From: Acidobacteriota bacterium
GTDB lineage: Bacteria > Acidobacteriota > Thermoanaerobaculia > Gp7-AA8
Assembly (NCBI GenBank): GCA_034667465.1
Contig: JAXDJV010000013.1
Location: 188,303-252,302, forward strand
Length of the DNA stretch: 64,000 bases
Direction of reading: 5' to 3'
The notes beneath the pieces are model-generated. The model worked only from the letters and a program-made list of their open reading frames with translations. It did not search any database and had not been told where the DNA came from. Below, in pieces: positions 50,701 through 59,946 of this stretch; position 1 is the first letter of the stretch; each line of letters begins with the position of its first letter. A program made the position numbers and the translations under genes.

Positions 50701-50928
50701 CTGCAGCAGACCGAGGTTGAACGTCGCACTGCGGATCCCGCCGCCGGAGAGCGCGAGGCCTGCGAGATCGGCCGGCACTCCAACCGCAAACGGCTCGGCG
50801 CCGGGATCCAGCGGCGGTCGCTCCGTCGCATCCCCATCAGCGAGCGAGCCGCTGAAAGCAACCTTCGGCTCGCCCGCGACCTTGAGACTCTCCAACTCCC
50901 TCCGGAACGCCGCCTTGAATGTCGTCAT
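47704..50928 (-). CDS. Large (1074 aa) membrane-embedded patatin-like phospholipase family protein with a long C-terminal domain of unknown function
   Basis: N-lobe 'LSGGGIRSA' (GGGxR oxyanion hole) and 'STVSGGG' nucleophile-elbow-like motif. About 10-12 TM helices. C-lobe 'HLSDGGHFENLG' (catalytic Asp, DGG). Then about 400 aa with no recognised motif. Confidence 0.65.
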   Translation of the reverse strand: MTTFKAAFRRELESLKVAGEPKVAFSGSLADGDATERPPLDPGAEPFAVGVPADLAGLALSGGGIRSATFNLGLLQGLADRDVLRHFHYVSTVSGGGYVGGFWSAWRARHPEPATTSEGRPGPVPFPTAADAEAARSEHEAIRHLREFSRFLAPRWGLFELETWQFFGGAISAILPTIIVGLSVLTLVVWFAVVVSGASLGFNSALPLPAIISVGAALHVQAMLAIMAISTIFVLTAYELKTAAVERHGGEPYYLWLYATAGAIAIAVALSVTGYVAGKHGVADFGEFPGPEMRWPTFLAPAIGWLAAMVALIFVRTWSSVFISDPTIGSYRAAFDRVIARLLGLSVFWMGMIAFLIVAFMLFGYTKREFVTAGAGGVATALYAVLQKFLSRQPNRAKTGFVGKVLQRYAQPLLAIAALIAFALAAAFLVFTDLSYRSFISAMIAAAIVVMALLLYNPNEIGMHALYRSRLARSYLGASNTKASCATENRQSTQRPGDDILMQDLRTSAPIHLVCCTANDLSGNHLANLSRGGRSATLSPFGITLANRFQQWKDATTQVSLASAMTASAAAFNSNMGSVSMDIGPSATFLMASLNLRLGYWYRFTKAWSLPGTDLLAEMFSRTYSGPESQSVHLSDGGHFENLGLYELLRRRCKYIIVSDCGADPDVAFDDVGNALRRAREDFGVEIEMDLGVLKPDDKRYSRQHLAVGDIQYPDGDRGILLLFKPTLVGDEPGDILQYRARNEQFPHESTGDQFYDEKQWESYRRLGLHAARAAFEFVADAGAAETDTSELFGDARWKWLPVPADLEAQLLGRTNQLEQLQRQLIDADESLVRDLFPELKWDADTPPLTHKLTPEKFAHVVPLFTQVIQLMEDVYIGCQMERYSTHPLNLGWLNEFGRWTTTQAFRELWPFFAPMYNPQMVRFIEQRFDLSSTRNKKRLGAQLVPLTTRAGVAFELWKAMYPGKAAALDSAADIRSYEITVENRTVSVGLLFAQKNGTVLEWKDGDLFVPPSFWGARIGNNILELLTGPARVKIDDLPSRRKEINNLTQLYRQAGFRQVDGGSSKEIVMERGL

Positions 50929-50971
50929 CCGACCACTCCCCTTTCAGGGAGTGATCGGAGACGGCAAATCC

Positions 50972-53900
50972 CTACCGCGAGTTCGTTGCGGCGACTTTGT
51001 TCGGGAACGCGGGCCGCTTCATCGGCGTCGCCGGCGTCGCGGGCAACTTCTTCATGACCTCCGCGATCGCGCGATCGAGCTGCGGGTCGCGGCCGGCGAT
51101 GACATCGGCCGGCGTTTGCTCCACTTCAATATCGGGCGCGACGCCTTCGTTCTCGACCTTCCATCCCTCCTCGGTCCAGAAGCCGAAGTTCGGGGCGGTG
51201 ATGTTGCCGCCGTCCATCAGATCGGGGAAGCCGAGGATGCCGACGAGACCGCCCCATGTGCGGCGGCCGATGAGCGGGCCGAGATTGAGCTTGCGGAACA
51301 TCCACGGCAGCAGATCGCCGCCGGAGCCGGCGTTCTCGTCGATCAGCATCACCTTCGGACCCTGAATCGATGCGAGCGGCGTCTTCATGTCGGCGCCGTA
51401 GCGCGTCGCCCAGTTGGCGATGAACGGACGATTGAGAATGTCGATGTAGTAATCGGGGAACGAGCCGCCGCCGTTGTAGCGCTCATCGAGAATGGCCGCT
51501 TCGCGATTCGCCTGCGGGAAGAAGTAGCGGCGGAACGACTCGTATCCGGCCGTGCTCGTGTTCGGCAGATAGACGTACGCGACGCGGCCGTTCGTCTTCT
51601 CGGTCACGTAGCGGATGTTGTTCTCGATCCACGCGCGGTTGCGGAGATTCGCTTCGTTCTCGATCGGCACGACCTTCACGACGCGCGAGCCGCTGCCGTC
51701 GGCATTCGGTCCGACCGTGATCTCGACGATGCGGCCGGCGGTGCGCTCGAAACGCGCGTAGAGATTGTCCGGATAGCGGAGATCCTTGCCGTCGACGGCG
51801 AGCAGATACTCACCTTCGCGGACGTCGACACCGGGTTCGGTCAGCGGCGCGCGCAGTTCCGGATTCCAGTTCAGGCCGCCGTAAACCTTCGCGAAGCGAT
51901 AGCGGTTGTTGTCGATCTTGTAGTCGGCGCCGAGGAGACCGCCCGGGATCGTGTCGACATTCGCGAGCGACTCGCCGCCGGTCAGATACGAATGGCCGAC
52001 CGAAAGCTCGCTGGCCATCGCGCGCATCAGACGATTCAGATCCTGGCGAACGGAGACGTCGCCGAGCATCGCCGCGTACTTGTCGTGCATCGCCTTCCAG
52101 TCGACGCCGTGCATGGCCGGGTCGTAGAAGTAATCGCGATTGATGCGCCACGCTTCGTCGAAGATCTGTTTCCATTCGACGGTCGGCTCGATCTTCACCG
52201 CGATCTGATCGACCGGCAGCGGACGCTTCGAGATATCAACCTTGTCGCCCATGTCGGCGATCGACCAGCGCATGCCGGCTTTGACGAGGATTCGTTTGCC
52301 GTCGCGCGAGACTTCGAAGCTGTCGCACTTCTCGAGCAGCGTGTCTTCCTTGCGCTTCGTCAGATCGAAACGCATCAGGCTCGTGTCGAACTTGTCGTCG
52401 TGAATTTCCGGGCTGGTCGCTTTCAGATAGAGCAGCTGTCCGGTTTTCGCGATGGCGAGATCGGAGTAGATCGCCTCCGGCACCGGCAGCGCCTGAATGC
52501 GCTGCGAGAGGCGCTCGAAGTCGATGACGACTTTCACGTCCTTCGACTCTTCCTTCTTTTCGTCGGCTTTCTTTTTGTCGTCCGATTTATCGGCGGCTTC
52601 GTCGGCTTTCTTCGCCGCTTCCTCGTCGCTCTCTTTTGCCAGCGGCGAGACGACGCCCTTCGGCAGGACGACCATGTAGATCGCGCTCGTGGCGCGGAGA
52701 TCGGTGTTCGAGAGCGCGAACCAGTCTTCGACCGGACCGGCGTTTGTCGACGCGAGGAAGTAGAGGTATTTGCCGTTCGGATCGAAGACCGGCGACATGG
52801 CGTCGCTGTAGCCGTCCGTCACCGGCGATGACGTCTTCGTGGCCACCGACCAGACGTGGACGGTGTGGAAGAAGTTCTGCGAGTTCGTCGTGTAGGCGAG
52901 CCACTTCGAATCGGGCGACCAGTTGTGATCGAGGTCGCGGAACGGACCGTACATCGTGTTCTGCGAGATCTTCGTCGACGTTCCCGACGCGACGTCGAGC
53001 ACGTAGACCGAGCGGGAGTTGTCGAGATAGCTGATCAGCTTTCCGTCAGGCGACCACTTCGGATTCTCGTAAAAGCCGGCGCCGTTCAGTTTGATCTTTC
53101 GAACGTCGCCGCGGCCGTCCTGCGGCGCGATGCGCAGCTCGTACTCGCCGGTTTCATCGGTGAACCAGGCGATCGATTTGCCGTCCGGCGACCAGGCCGG
53201 CGAGCGGTCGTTTGCGCCGGGCGACTGCGTCAGATTGCGGTCGTCGCCTTTCTCGGCCGGCAGCGTGATGATCTCGCCGCGATACTCGAGGACGGCGCGC
53301 TGTCCGGCCGGCGAGAGCGATGCGTTGCGGATGTACTTCGCCCCCTTCACGAAACGCGGGCGCGTTTCGACGAGGTCGGCGGCGACGCCGATCTTCAGGC
53401 GCGTGTCGCGCGCGGCGGACGGTTCATACAGATGAAGGTAACCGGCCTGTTCGAAGATCAGCTTTCCGGCGCCGCCGTTCACCGCCGTCACCGGGAAGTC
53501 GGAGTACTTCGTCAACTGCTTTACTTCTTTCGTGCCGCGGTCGAACGAGTAGAGGTTGAACTCGCCGTTGCGATCGGAGCGGAAGTAGAGCGTGTCGCCG
53601 ATGAAGATCGGATCGGTGTCGTTGCTGCGCGCGGCCGGCTGCGGCACCTGTTCGACGGCGTTCGTGGCGACGTCGAAGAGGAAGATGCGCGCGGTGGCGC
53701 CGCCGCGGTAACGCTTCCACTGCGCGAACGCTTCGCGCAGCGGGACGAACGCGATCGTCTTTCCGTCCGGCGAGTACGCGGCCGTCGACGCATTCGGAAT
53801 CGGCAGCTTCGTGACGGCGCCGCCGCCGACCGGCACGGTGAAGAGCTGCTGGTAGCGGCGCGTGTAAACCTCGCGCGGCGACGTGAAGAGAATCGACTTG

Positions 53901-54259
53901 CCGTCCGGTGTGAAACCGAGCACGGCGTCGGCGTCGGGATGCCACGTCAGACGCTTCGGCACGCCGCCGGCGGCCGGCATCACGTAGACATCGACGTTCC
54001 CTTCATACGAACCGCTGAACGCGAGCAGCGATCCGTCGGGCGAATAGCGCGGCAGCGTTTCGACGCCGGGATGCGACGTCAATCGCCGCACGCCCGAGCC
54101 GTCGAGGTTCGCGGTCCAGATATCGTTCGCATATCCGAACGCGATGCCGTTCGCGCCGACCGTCGGCGTCGTGAGCAGCCGCGTGTCGGTGGTGTTGACG
54201 GCGAGAAGCGGAAGTGCGGCGGCGAGCAGGAAGAGCAGGCAAAGGCGTGCCGATTTCAT
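50972..54259 (-). CDS. Tricorn protease homolog (S41 family): two beta-propellers, PDZ and C-terminal peptidase domain
   Basis: Internal start 'MKSARLCLLFLLAAALPLLA' (signal peptide). TolB/WD40-like repeats ('YSPDGSLLAF', 'WSPDGK...'). C-terminal S41 region 'GGSFPDYYIDILNRPFIANWATRYG...MLIDENAGSGGD'. Confidence 0.8.
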   Translation of the reverse strand: MKSARLCLLFLLAAALPLLAVNTTDTRLLTTPTVGANGIAFGYANDIWTANLDGSGVRRLTSHPGVETLPRYSPDGSLLAFSGSYEGNVDVYVMPAAGGVPKRLTWHPDADAVLGFTPDGKSILFTSPREVYTRRYQQLFTVPVGGGAVTKLPIPNASTAAYSPDGKTIAFVPLREAFAQWKRYRGGATARIFLFDVATNAVEQVPQPAARSNDTDPIFIGDTLYFRSDRNGEFNLYSFDRGTKEVKQLTKYSDFPVTAVNGGAGKLIFEQAGYLHLYEPSAARDTRLKIGVAADLVETRPRFVKGAKYIRNASLSPAGQRAVLEYRGEIITLPAEKGDDRNLTQSPGANDRSPAWSPDGKSIAWFTDETGEYELRIAPQDGRGDVRKIKLNGAGFYENPKWSPDGKLISYLDNSRSVYVLDVASGTSTKISQNTMYGPFRDLDHNWSPDSKWLAYTTNSQNFFHTVHVWSVATKTSSPVTDGYSDAMSPVFDPNGKYLYFLASTNAGPVEDWFALSNTDLRATSAIYMVVLPKGVVSPLAKESDEEAAKKADEAADKSDDKKKADEKKEESKDVKVVIDFERLSQRIQALPVPEAIYSDLAIAKTGQLLYLKATSPEIHDDKFDTSLMRFDLTKRKEDTLLEKCDSFEVSRDGKRILVKAGMRWSIADMGDKVDISKRPLPVDQIAVKIEPTVEWKQIFDEAWRINRDYFYDPAMHGVDWKAMHDKYAAMLGDVSVRQDLNRLMRAMASELSVGHSYLTGGESLANVDTIPGGLLGADYKIDNNRYRFAKVYGGLNWNPELRAPLTEPGVDVREGEYLLAVDGKDLRYPDNLYARFERTAGRIVEITVGPNADGSGSRVVKVVPIENEANLRNRAWIENNIRYVTEKTNGRVAYVYLPNTSTAGYESFRRYFFPQANREAAILDERYNGGGSFPDYYIDILNRPFIANWATRYGADMKTPLASIQGPKVMLIDENAGSGGDLLPWMFRKLNLGPLIGRRTWGGLVGILGFPDLMDGGNITAPNFGFWTEEGWKVENEGVAPDIEVEQTPADVIAGRDPQLDRAIAEVMKKLPATPATPMKRPAFPNKVAATNSR

Positions 54260-54552
54260 GCGCGGGAGTGTAACTCCGGCATCGTGATGCGTTAGCGTTT
54301 GGTCATCAATGCGACACAGGATTGTCATCGCGGTCGCTGTCGTGCGCGCCGCCGAGCGCGCACGCCGCGCCGGTGATTCTGATGGTACGCGGCAGCGGGG
54401 AGCGCGGCGACAAAGCGATCGCGCGTATGTACGAGAGCAAGGTCACTCGCGCTCGCACAACGCGTGCGCGGCGATCCAAAAACGGAGTCACGTCCGATGC
54501 CTCTGTACGGCCACACCTTCGGCAACGCGCCGAATGCGCGCCGCGTCGCCGC

Positions 54553-55231
54553 TCATCGCAGAGGAGGCAGAGCCTCCAGCCTCTTTAACCATCCGTCGAA
54601 GTGCAGGCACTCCGCACGAATGCGGTCTACGCCGATGCATTTCGCAACGCCACTCCCGTGCAGCACCTTGTCGTACGAGGGCTGCAACTTCTTCAGTCGC
54701 GCGGAAGGGTGCGTGTCTGGCCCGTCGTTAATGTGTTCAGGCGAATCTGCCGCGTCGCGCACGCGCTGCAGTTCATCGACAAAAACGAGACCAATCCGAC
54801 CGCACAGTCGCGAAGCAAGCCACATCCGAGAAAAGCAGTGCCTCGAACTCGTAGGGCTGGACATGCGCGATGAAGCGGTCCGCGCGTCGATCGCTCACTT
54901 TCGCCACGGCTGCGCCAAAAACAGCTTCGATCACACGGCACCGGCTAATCGCATCGTTCTCTAGACGGCCTTCAGCGATGCCCGGGAAGTCGGCTTGCAA
55001 ACCATACAGATCGAACAGTGTCGTCACGTATGTGTCTGCGCGTTCGCGCAATGTGTTCCGAAGATGGCGCAGCACGCGCTCAGGCGTCAAAGCGCCGCCG
55101 ACCGCTCCTTGCGACGTGGCGATCAAGCGCGGCTGTAAACTGATATCGCGGTCCGCCAGCCTGGGCGCGAGCACGTCTCGAATGAACGTCTCTTCGGTCT
55201 GGCCTTCGCCGACGACCATGACCTCAATCAC
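54553..55231 (-). pseudogene. DUF4276-family protein gene, frameshifted
   Basis: Frame A (55231..54773) gives 'MIEVMVVGEGQTEETF...YEFEALLFSD', the DUF4276 N-terminal region. The C-terminal consensus 'PEHINDGPDTHPSARLKKLQPSYDKVLHGSGVAKCIGVDRIRAECLHFDGWLKRLEAL' continues in another frame (ORF 54553..54864). The shift lies between about 54795 and 54845. Confidence 0.6.
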
Positions 55232-56313
55232 CTCGTCGGTCTCCCACCGACGACGTTCATCTTCCAGAGTTCACCGAGCGCGTAGTCTTCCAACCATTCC
55301 TTCAGGTGCTCGGCGTCGAGTCGCCGGAAGACAGATGCGCCCTCGTGTCGCTCGGCGATGATCACATCTTCGGGCGCCAACTGATTAACCAGTTCGACCG
55401 ACTGCGTGGAGACGACGATCTGCTTTCGTTCCGACGCCTGTCGAAGCAATCCTCCGAGAACCGCCAGCGCGTACGGGTGCAAACCAAGCTCCGGCTCATC
55501 GACGATGATCGTGTCGGGCTGCAGGTTCGTCGGCTGCAGCAACAATGTCGCCAGACAGATGAACCGCAACGTACCGTCAGACAACTGCAGTGGTCCACGT
55601 GGCGTATCCCGGTCATCGACTTCCAGCCATTCCAACTCGATCTTTTCGCCGGGATCACTGCGCTCGACGAAGTCACCGAAGAACGGTGCAACCATCCGCA
55701 CGGTTTCGATGATCGAGCTATAGCTGCTCTTGTGCTTCTCCCGAAGCATCCGGAGAAACGGCGCCAGATTCGACGCATCCGGCTTCAATCGAAGATTGTC
55801 GCGCACCGCTTGCGCCAAACGAACGGGCGCGCTGGCGCTCGTATCGTGGAAATGGAAGACGCGCCAGCTGCGAACTGCCGGCAACACGTAGCTCGCGATC
55901 ATGTCGCCTTCAACTGTCGGCAACCTCGCCTCGGTGTGTCCGCTGCCGAGCGATCGATTCGAGTTCCCGTAGTTCCCCGCGAAATAGGTTTCCTCGCGCG
56001 AGAACGCGAGGTGGTTGGCGGCCGGGATCAGGCTGAAGTGATAGCCATTCTTCGCGAAGTACAGCTCAATGTCGATCTCGCGTGTTCGCTTTCGTCCCCC
56101 GAACAGGAGCGCGTCCGGTCCATATTCGCTCTTCACGTAGAGCTGCAGCCGGCCGTCCATCATCTCGGCCAGCATGCGAAAGAGGCTGATGAAGTTCGTT
56201 TTTCCGGCGCCGTTGGCCCCGATCAGGACGTTTAATTGCGACGCAAGCTGGAAGTTATCCAGCTCCCGGATCGACTTGAACCCTCGCACGCTCAGGCGCG
56301 CCAAACGTGTCAC
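55228..56313 (-). CDS. AAA family ATPase (AAA_15/AAA_21, OLD/SMC-like ABC ATPase), partner of DUF4276
   Basis: 'LNVLIGANGAGKTNFISLFRML' Walker A. Q-loop. 'TIIVDEPELGLHP' Walker B/D-loop. Stop overlaps the DUF4276 start (ATGA). Confidence 0.8.
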   Translation of the reverse strand: MTRLARLSVRGFKSIRELDNFQLASQLNVLIGANGAGKTNFISLFRMLAEMMDGRLQLYVKSEYGPDALLFGGRKRTREIDIELYFAKNGYHFSLIPAANHLAFSREETYFAGNYGNSNRSLGSGHTEARLPTVEGDMIASYVLPAVRSWRVFHFHDTSASAPVRLAQAVRDNLRLKPDASNLAPFLRMLREKHKSSYSSIIETVRMVAPFFGDFVERSDPGEKIELEWLEVDDRDTPRGPLQLSDGTLRFICLATLLLQPTNLQPDTIIVDEPELGLHPYALAVLGGLLRQASERKQIVVSTQSVELVNQLAPEDVIIAERHEGASVFRRLDAEHLKEWLEDYALGELWKMNVVGGRPTR

Positions 56314-56712
56314 GGCTGCATTCCTCGCAGCTCCGCAGTGATCTCACCGCAAAGTCCTCAGCTCAACATTAACACCTGAGCGCGACGAAACCGAGGTTAC
56401 CTGACCGACTACGAGCTCAGGCGCGGTCGGAGCCATACCACGCCGACCGAAGCCCTCTTACTTCGTCGTCTCGTGCGGCAGGACTCATCGCTGAGGCGCA
56501 ACCGCCGCTAACAGAGTTGAAAGAGCCAACCACATCGCAGACGTCCACGACATCGGTGCTTGAAGAGAAGCCGCATCGCGAGATCAACGAAGATCTCGAA
56601 AAACCGTCGGCATACACGAAGGCCGTCGACGCCTTCCTGCAGTCGCTCAGGCATTAATCGCGGCGTCCTCGAACATCAGTCGCAGCACGAGCGCGGCGGC
56701 CACGGCATGACC

Positions 56713-58209
56713 CTACGCCGTCGCCTCTGCCGCCACCGGCTTCGCGATCTTCATCAGCGCGTAATAGACGACGAGCGCCACGCCGAAGCCGACGAACCAC
56801 GCGTAGTCGTACAACGTCTTCATCGACGGCACGAATCTCCCGATCCACGCGAAGAAACAGGCGATCACCGTCGCGACGACCGCGCGCCAGTTCCATCCCT
56901 TCGCGTACCGATACTCGCCGGTTTCGCGATAGAGATCGGGCAGCACGAGGTTCTTGTCGCGGATCAGCCAGTAATCGGCGATGAGCACGCCGGCGATCGA
57001 GCCGAGACCTCCGGAGTAAGCGACCAGCCAGTCGAAGATGTAGCCGGAAGGATCGGCGATCAGGCGCCAGGGCTGCATGATGATGCCGAGGATGCCGGTG
57101 ATCAGACCGCCGGTCCGGAATGAGATCCATTTCGGGAACGCGTTCGCGAAATCGTTCGCGGGCGAGACCACATTCGCGGCGATGTTCACCGACAGTGTCG
57201 CGACCACGATCGTGAACATCGAGATTGCGATCACCCACACCTGCGTGAAGTGGCCGACGAGCACGATCGGATCCCACAGCTCGCTCATCTTTGACTGCGG
57301 ATAGATGACGACGGCGGCGGAGGTGATGATCACTCCCATCGCGGCGAAGAGCGTCATCGTCGACGGCAGCGCGACCGACTGTCCGATGACCTGCTCGCGC
57401 TGGCTCCGCCCGAAGCGGGTGAAGTCAGGCATGTTCAGCGACAGCGTCGCCCAGAAACCGATCATGCCGGTCAGTGACGGAATGAAGACCGGCCTGAACT
57501 CCGCCCACGTCCGAAGTTTGCCGGGATGATCGATGAGATATCCGAGTCCGCCGGCGCGCCAGACCGCCCACGCGAGGAGCAGCGCCGTCATGACGAGCAC
57601 GAATGGCGCGGCCCAGTTCTCGACGCGGCGCAGCAGATCCATGCCGCGATAGATGATGTAGATGTTCATCCCCCAGAAGAGCATGAATGAGAGCCATTGC
57701 GTCGTGGGGTGACCGCCGAATGAACCGAGGAGGTTCGTCCAGCCGGGGATGATCGCGCCGAAAAATGTTTGCAGCGCCTGGCCGCCGATCCACGCCTGAA
57801 TGCCGAACCAGCCGCAGGCGACGATCGCCCGCATCAGCGCCGGCAGATTCGAGCCGTACGTGCCGTAGGCGGCGCGCGCGAAGACGGGAAACGGGATGCC
57901 GTACTTCGTGCCGGGATGCGAGTTGAGGAGGATCGGGATGAGCACGATCACGTTGCCGAGGAGGATGGTGAGGAGCGCCTGCCACCAGTTCATGCCTGAG
58001 CTGATGAGAGCCGACGACATCATGTACGTCGGGATGCAGTGCGCCATCGAGATCCAGAGCGCGGCGTAGTTGTACGTAGTCCAGTCGCGTTTCGCGACCG
58101 GCACCGGCGCGAGGTCTTCGCTGTAGAGCGGACTCGATTCGATCGAGGAGCGGTCGCGCAATTCGACGCGGCCATCGTCGTGCTGGATCACTTCGGCTGT
58201 GTTCGGCAT
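56713..58209 (-). CDS. NCS1 family nucleobase:cation symporter (cytosine/purine/uracil/thiamine/allantoin permease family)
   Basis: Internal ATG 'MPNTAEVIQHDDGRVELRDRSSIESSPLYSEDLAPVPVAKRDWTTYNYAALWISMAH' is the characteristic NCS1 N-terminus. 12 TM helices. The upstream part of the listed ORF is Arg-rich artefact. Confidence 0.8.
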   Translation of the reverse strand: MPNTAEVIQHDDGRVELRDRSSIESSPLYSEDLAPVPVAKRDWTTYNYAALWISMAHCIPTYMMSSALISSGMNWWQALLTILLGNVIVLIPILLNSHPGTKYGIPFPVFARAAYGTYGSNLPALMRAIVACGWFGIQAWIGGQALQTFFGAIIPGWTNLLGSFGGHPTTQWLSFMLFWGMNIYIIYRGMDLLRRVENWAAPFVLVMTALLLAWAVWRAGGLGYLIDHPGKLRTWAEFRPVFIPSLTGMIGFWATLSLNMPDFTRFGRSQREQVIGQSVALPSTMTLFAAMGVIITSAAVVIYPQSKMSELWDPIVLVGHFTQVWVIAISMFTIVVATLSVNIAANVVSPANDFANAFPKWISFRTGGLITGILGIIMQPWRLIADPSGYIFDWLVAYSGGLGSIAGVLIADYWLIRDKNLVLPDLYRETGEYRYAKGWNWRAVVATVIACFFAWIGRFVPSMKTLYDYAWFVGFGVALVVYYALMKIAKPVAAEATA

Positions 58210-58251
58210 GGCGGCGATTGTAGCGCGGCGCTGAACGTACAATCGCCGTTC

Positions 58252-59946
58252 ATGAAACGACTGCTGCTCGCCGCTCTGATCACCCTCGCCGCCTCGCTTC
58301 CCGCATTCGCCGCGTCGAAAAAAACGCCGGCGAAACCGTTCTCCGTCGTCGAAGCTTCGATCTCCGACATGCAGGCGGCGCTGCGCGAAGGCCGCGTCAC
58401 ATCGCGCGAGCTCGTGCAGCAATACCTCACGCGCATCGCGACGTATGACGCGAAGCTGCACGCGGTCATCACCGTCAATCCTCGCGCGCTCGAAGAGGCT
58501 GACGAACGCGATCGCGAGCGCGCCTCCGGGCAGATTCGCGGTCCGCTGCACGGCATTCCGGTCGCGCTGAAAGACAACATTCATACGACAGACATGCCGA
58601 CCACCGGCGGCGCGCTGGCGTTCGCCGAGCTCGTGCCGCCGTATGAAGCGACGATCACGAAGAACCTCCGCGACGCCGGCGCAATCATCATCGCCAAGAC
58701 GCAGATGACCGAGCTCGCGAACTGGGTGGCCGGCAATCCGTCGATGCCGAACAACTACAACTCGCTGAACGGCTATGGATTCAATCCGTACGATCCGCGC
58801 CGCGATCCGCGCGAGGCGACGAACGACGGACGTCCCGTGCTCAACACCGGCGGCTCGAGCTCCGGCGCCGGAACCGCGGCGAGTTTCTGGGCGGCGAACG
58901 TCGGGACGGAAACGTCGGGCTCGATTCTCAGTCCGTCGAATCAGAACATGCTCGCCGCGGTGAAGCCGACCGTCGGCCGCATCTCGCGCTACGGCGTCAT
59001 TCCGATCACCGCCGATCAGGACACGCCCGGCCCGATGGCGAAGTTCGTCACCGACGCCGCGATCATGCTCGGCGCACTTGAAAGCGCATCGCCCGATCCG
59101 AACGATCCGGCGACGAAGAACTGCACGCCGGTGCGCGACTACACGCAGTTCCTGAAGAAGGACGGACTGAAAGGCGCGCGCATCGGCATTCCGCGCGCCG
59201 GCTACTACGACAAGATCACGCTGCCAGGCACCGAGAAGCCGCGCGGCGGTCTGAATCCCGACCAGACGAAAGCGATCAACGAGGCGATCGAAGTGCTGAA
59301 GCAGCAGGGCGCGGTGATCGTCGACCCGGCTGACATTCCGTCGGTCGTCGACAAGGATCCGAAGAACAACTTCTGGCTCTGGGGCGTCTGCGGCGACATG
59401 GACGACGTCAAAGAGAAGAAGTGCTCCGTCGATCTCGCGTACGGAATGGAGCGCGATTTCAACGCGTGGCTGAAATCACTCGGCGAGAAAGCGCCGGTGA
59501 AGTCGCTGACCGATCTGCGCGAATGGAACACGAATCATTCGAAGAGCGGCGCGATCAAGTACGGGCAGTCACTGCTCGACATCTCCGACGCGATGGATCA
59601 GGAGCTGTTCCGCGCGCGCTACGAATCGGATCGCGCGAACGATCTTCGTCTCTCCGCGACGCATGGAATCGATGAGGTGATGAAGGCGCAGAAGCTCGAT
59701 GCGCTGCTGTTTCCCGGACCGGGCGGTGCGTCGATCGCAGCACGTCCCGGCTATCCAACTGTCATCGTACCGTTCGCAACGATTCCGAATGCGCCGACGC
59801 CGGCGTTCCCCGATTCGTTCAAAGCGAAACCGCAGCCGTACGGCGTCAGCTTCACCGGAATGGCCTGCAGCGAGCCGACGCTGCTGCGGCTCGCGTACGC
59901 GTTCGAACAGGCGACGAAGCGCCGCGTCGCGCCGCAGCTACCGTAA
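58252..59946 (+). CDS. Secreted amidase (amidase signature family)
   Basis: Signal peptide 'MKRLLLAALITLAASLPAFAA'. 'GGSSSGAGTAAS' AS-family Ser-cisSer-Lys core. 'GIPVALKDNIHT'. Confidence 0.85.
   Translation: MKRLLLAALITLAASLPAFAASKKTPAKPFSVVEASISDMQAALREGRVTSRELVQQYLTRIATYDAKLHAVITVNPRALEEADERDRERASGQIRGPLHGIPVALKDNIHTTDMPTTGGALAFAELVPPYEATITKNLRDAGAIIIAKTQMTELANWVAGNPSMPNNYNSLNGYGFNPYDPRRDPREATNDGRPVLNTGGSSSGAGTAASFWAANVGTETSGSILSPSNQNMLAAVKPTVGRISRYGVIPITADQDTPGPMAKFVTDAAIMLGALESASPDPNDPATKNCTPVRDYTQFLKKDGLKGARIGIPRAGYYDKITLPGTEKPRGGLNPDQTKAINEAIEVLKQQGAVIVDPADIPSVVDKDPKNNFWLWGVCGDMDDVKEKKCSVDLAYGMERDFNAWLKSLGEKAPVKSLTDLREWNTNHSKSGAIKYGQSLLDISDAMDQELFRARYESDRANDLRLSATHGIDEVMKAQKLDALLFPGPGGASIAARPGYPTVIVPFATIPNAPTPAFPDSFKAKPQPYGVSFTGMACSEPTLLRLAYAFEQATKRRVAPQLP

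Noticed and set aside
50972-54328. N-terminal 23-aa extension of the tricorn protease ORF, and similar extensions of the NCS1 (to 58584), amidase (from 58039), PspA (from 24594), V4R (from 25720) and MBL (from 26867) genes
   Set aside because: The extensions precede clear signal peptides or family-typical N-termini, and some read through repeats. The internal ATGs were chosen as starts.
56320-56700. tRNA or integrase remnant flanking the ATPase cassette
   Set aside because: No T-loop (GTTCRANYC) or cloverleaf arrangement was found, and no recombinase-like translation. Left as unexplained intergenic DNA.
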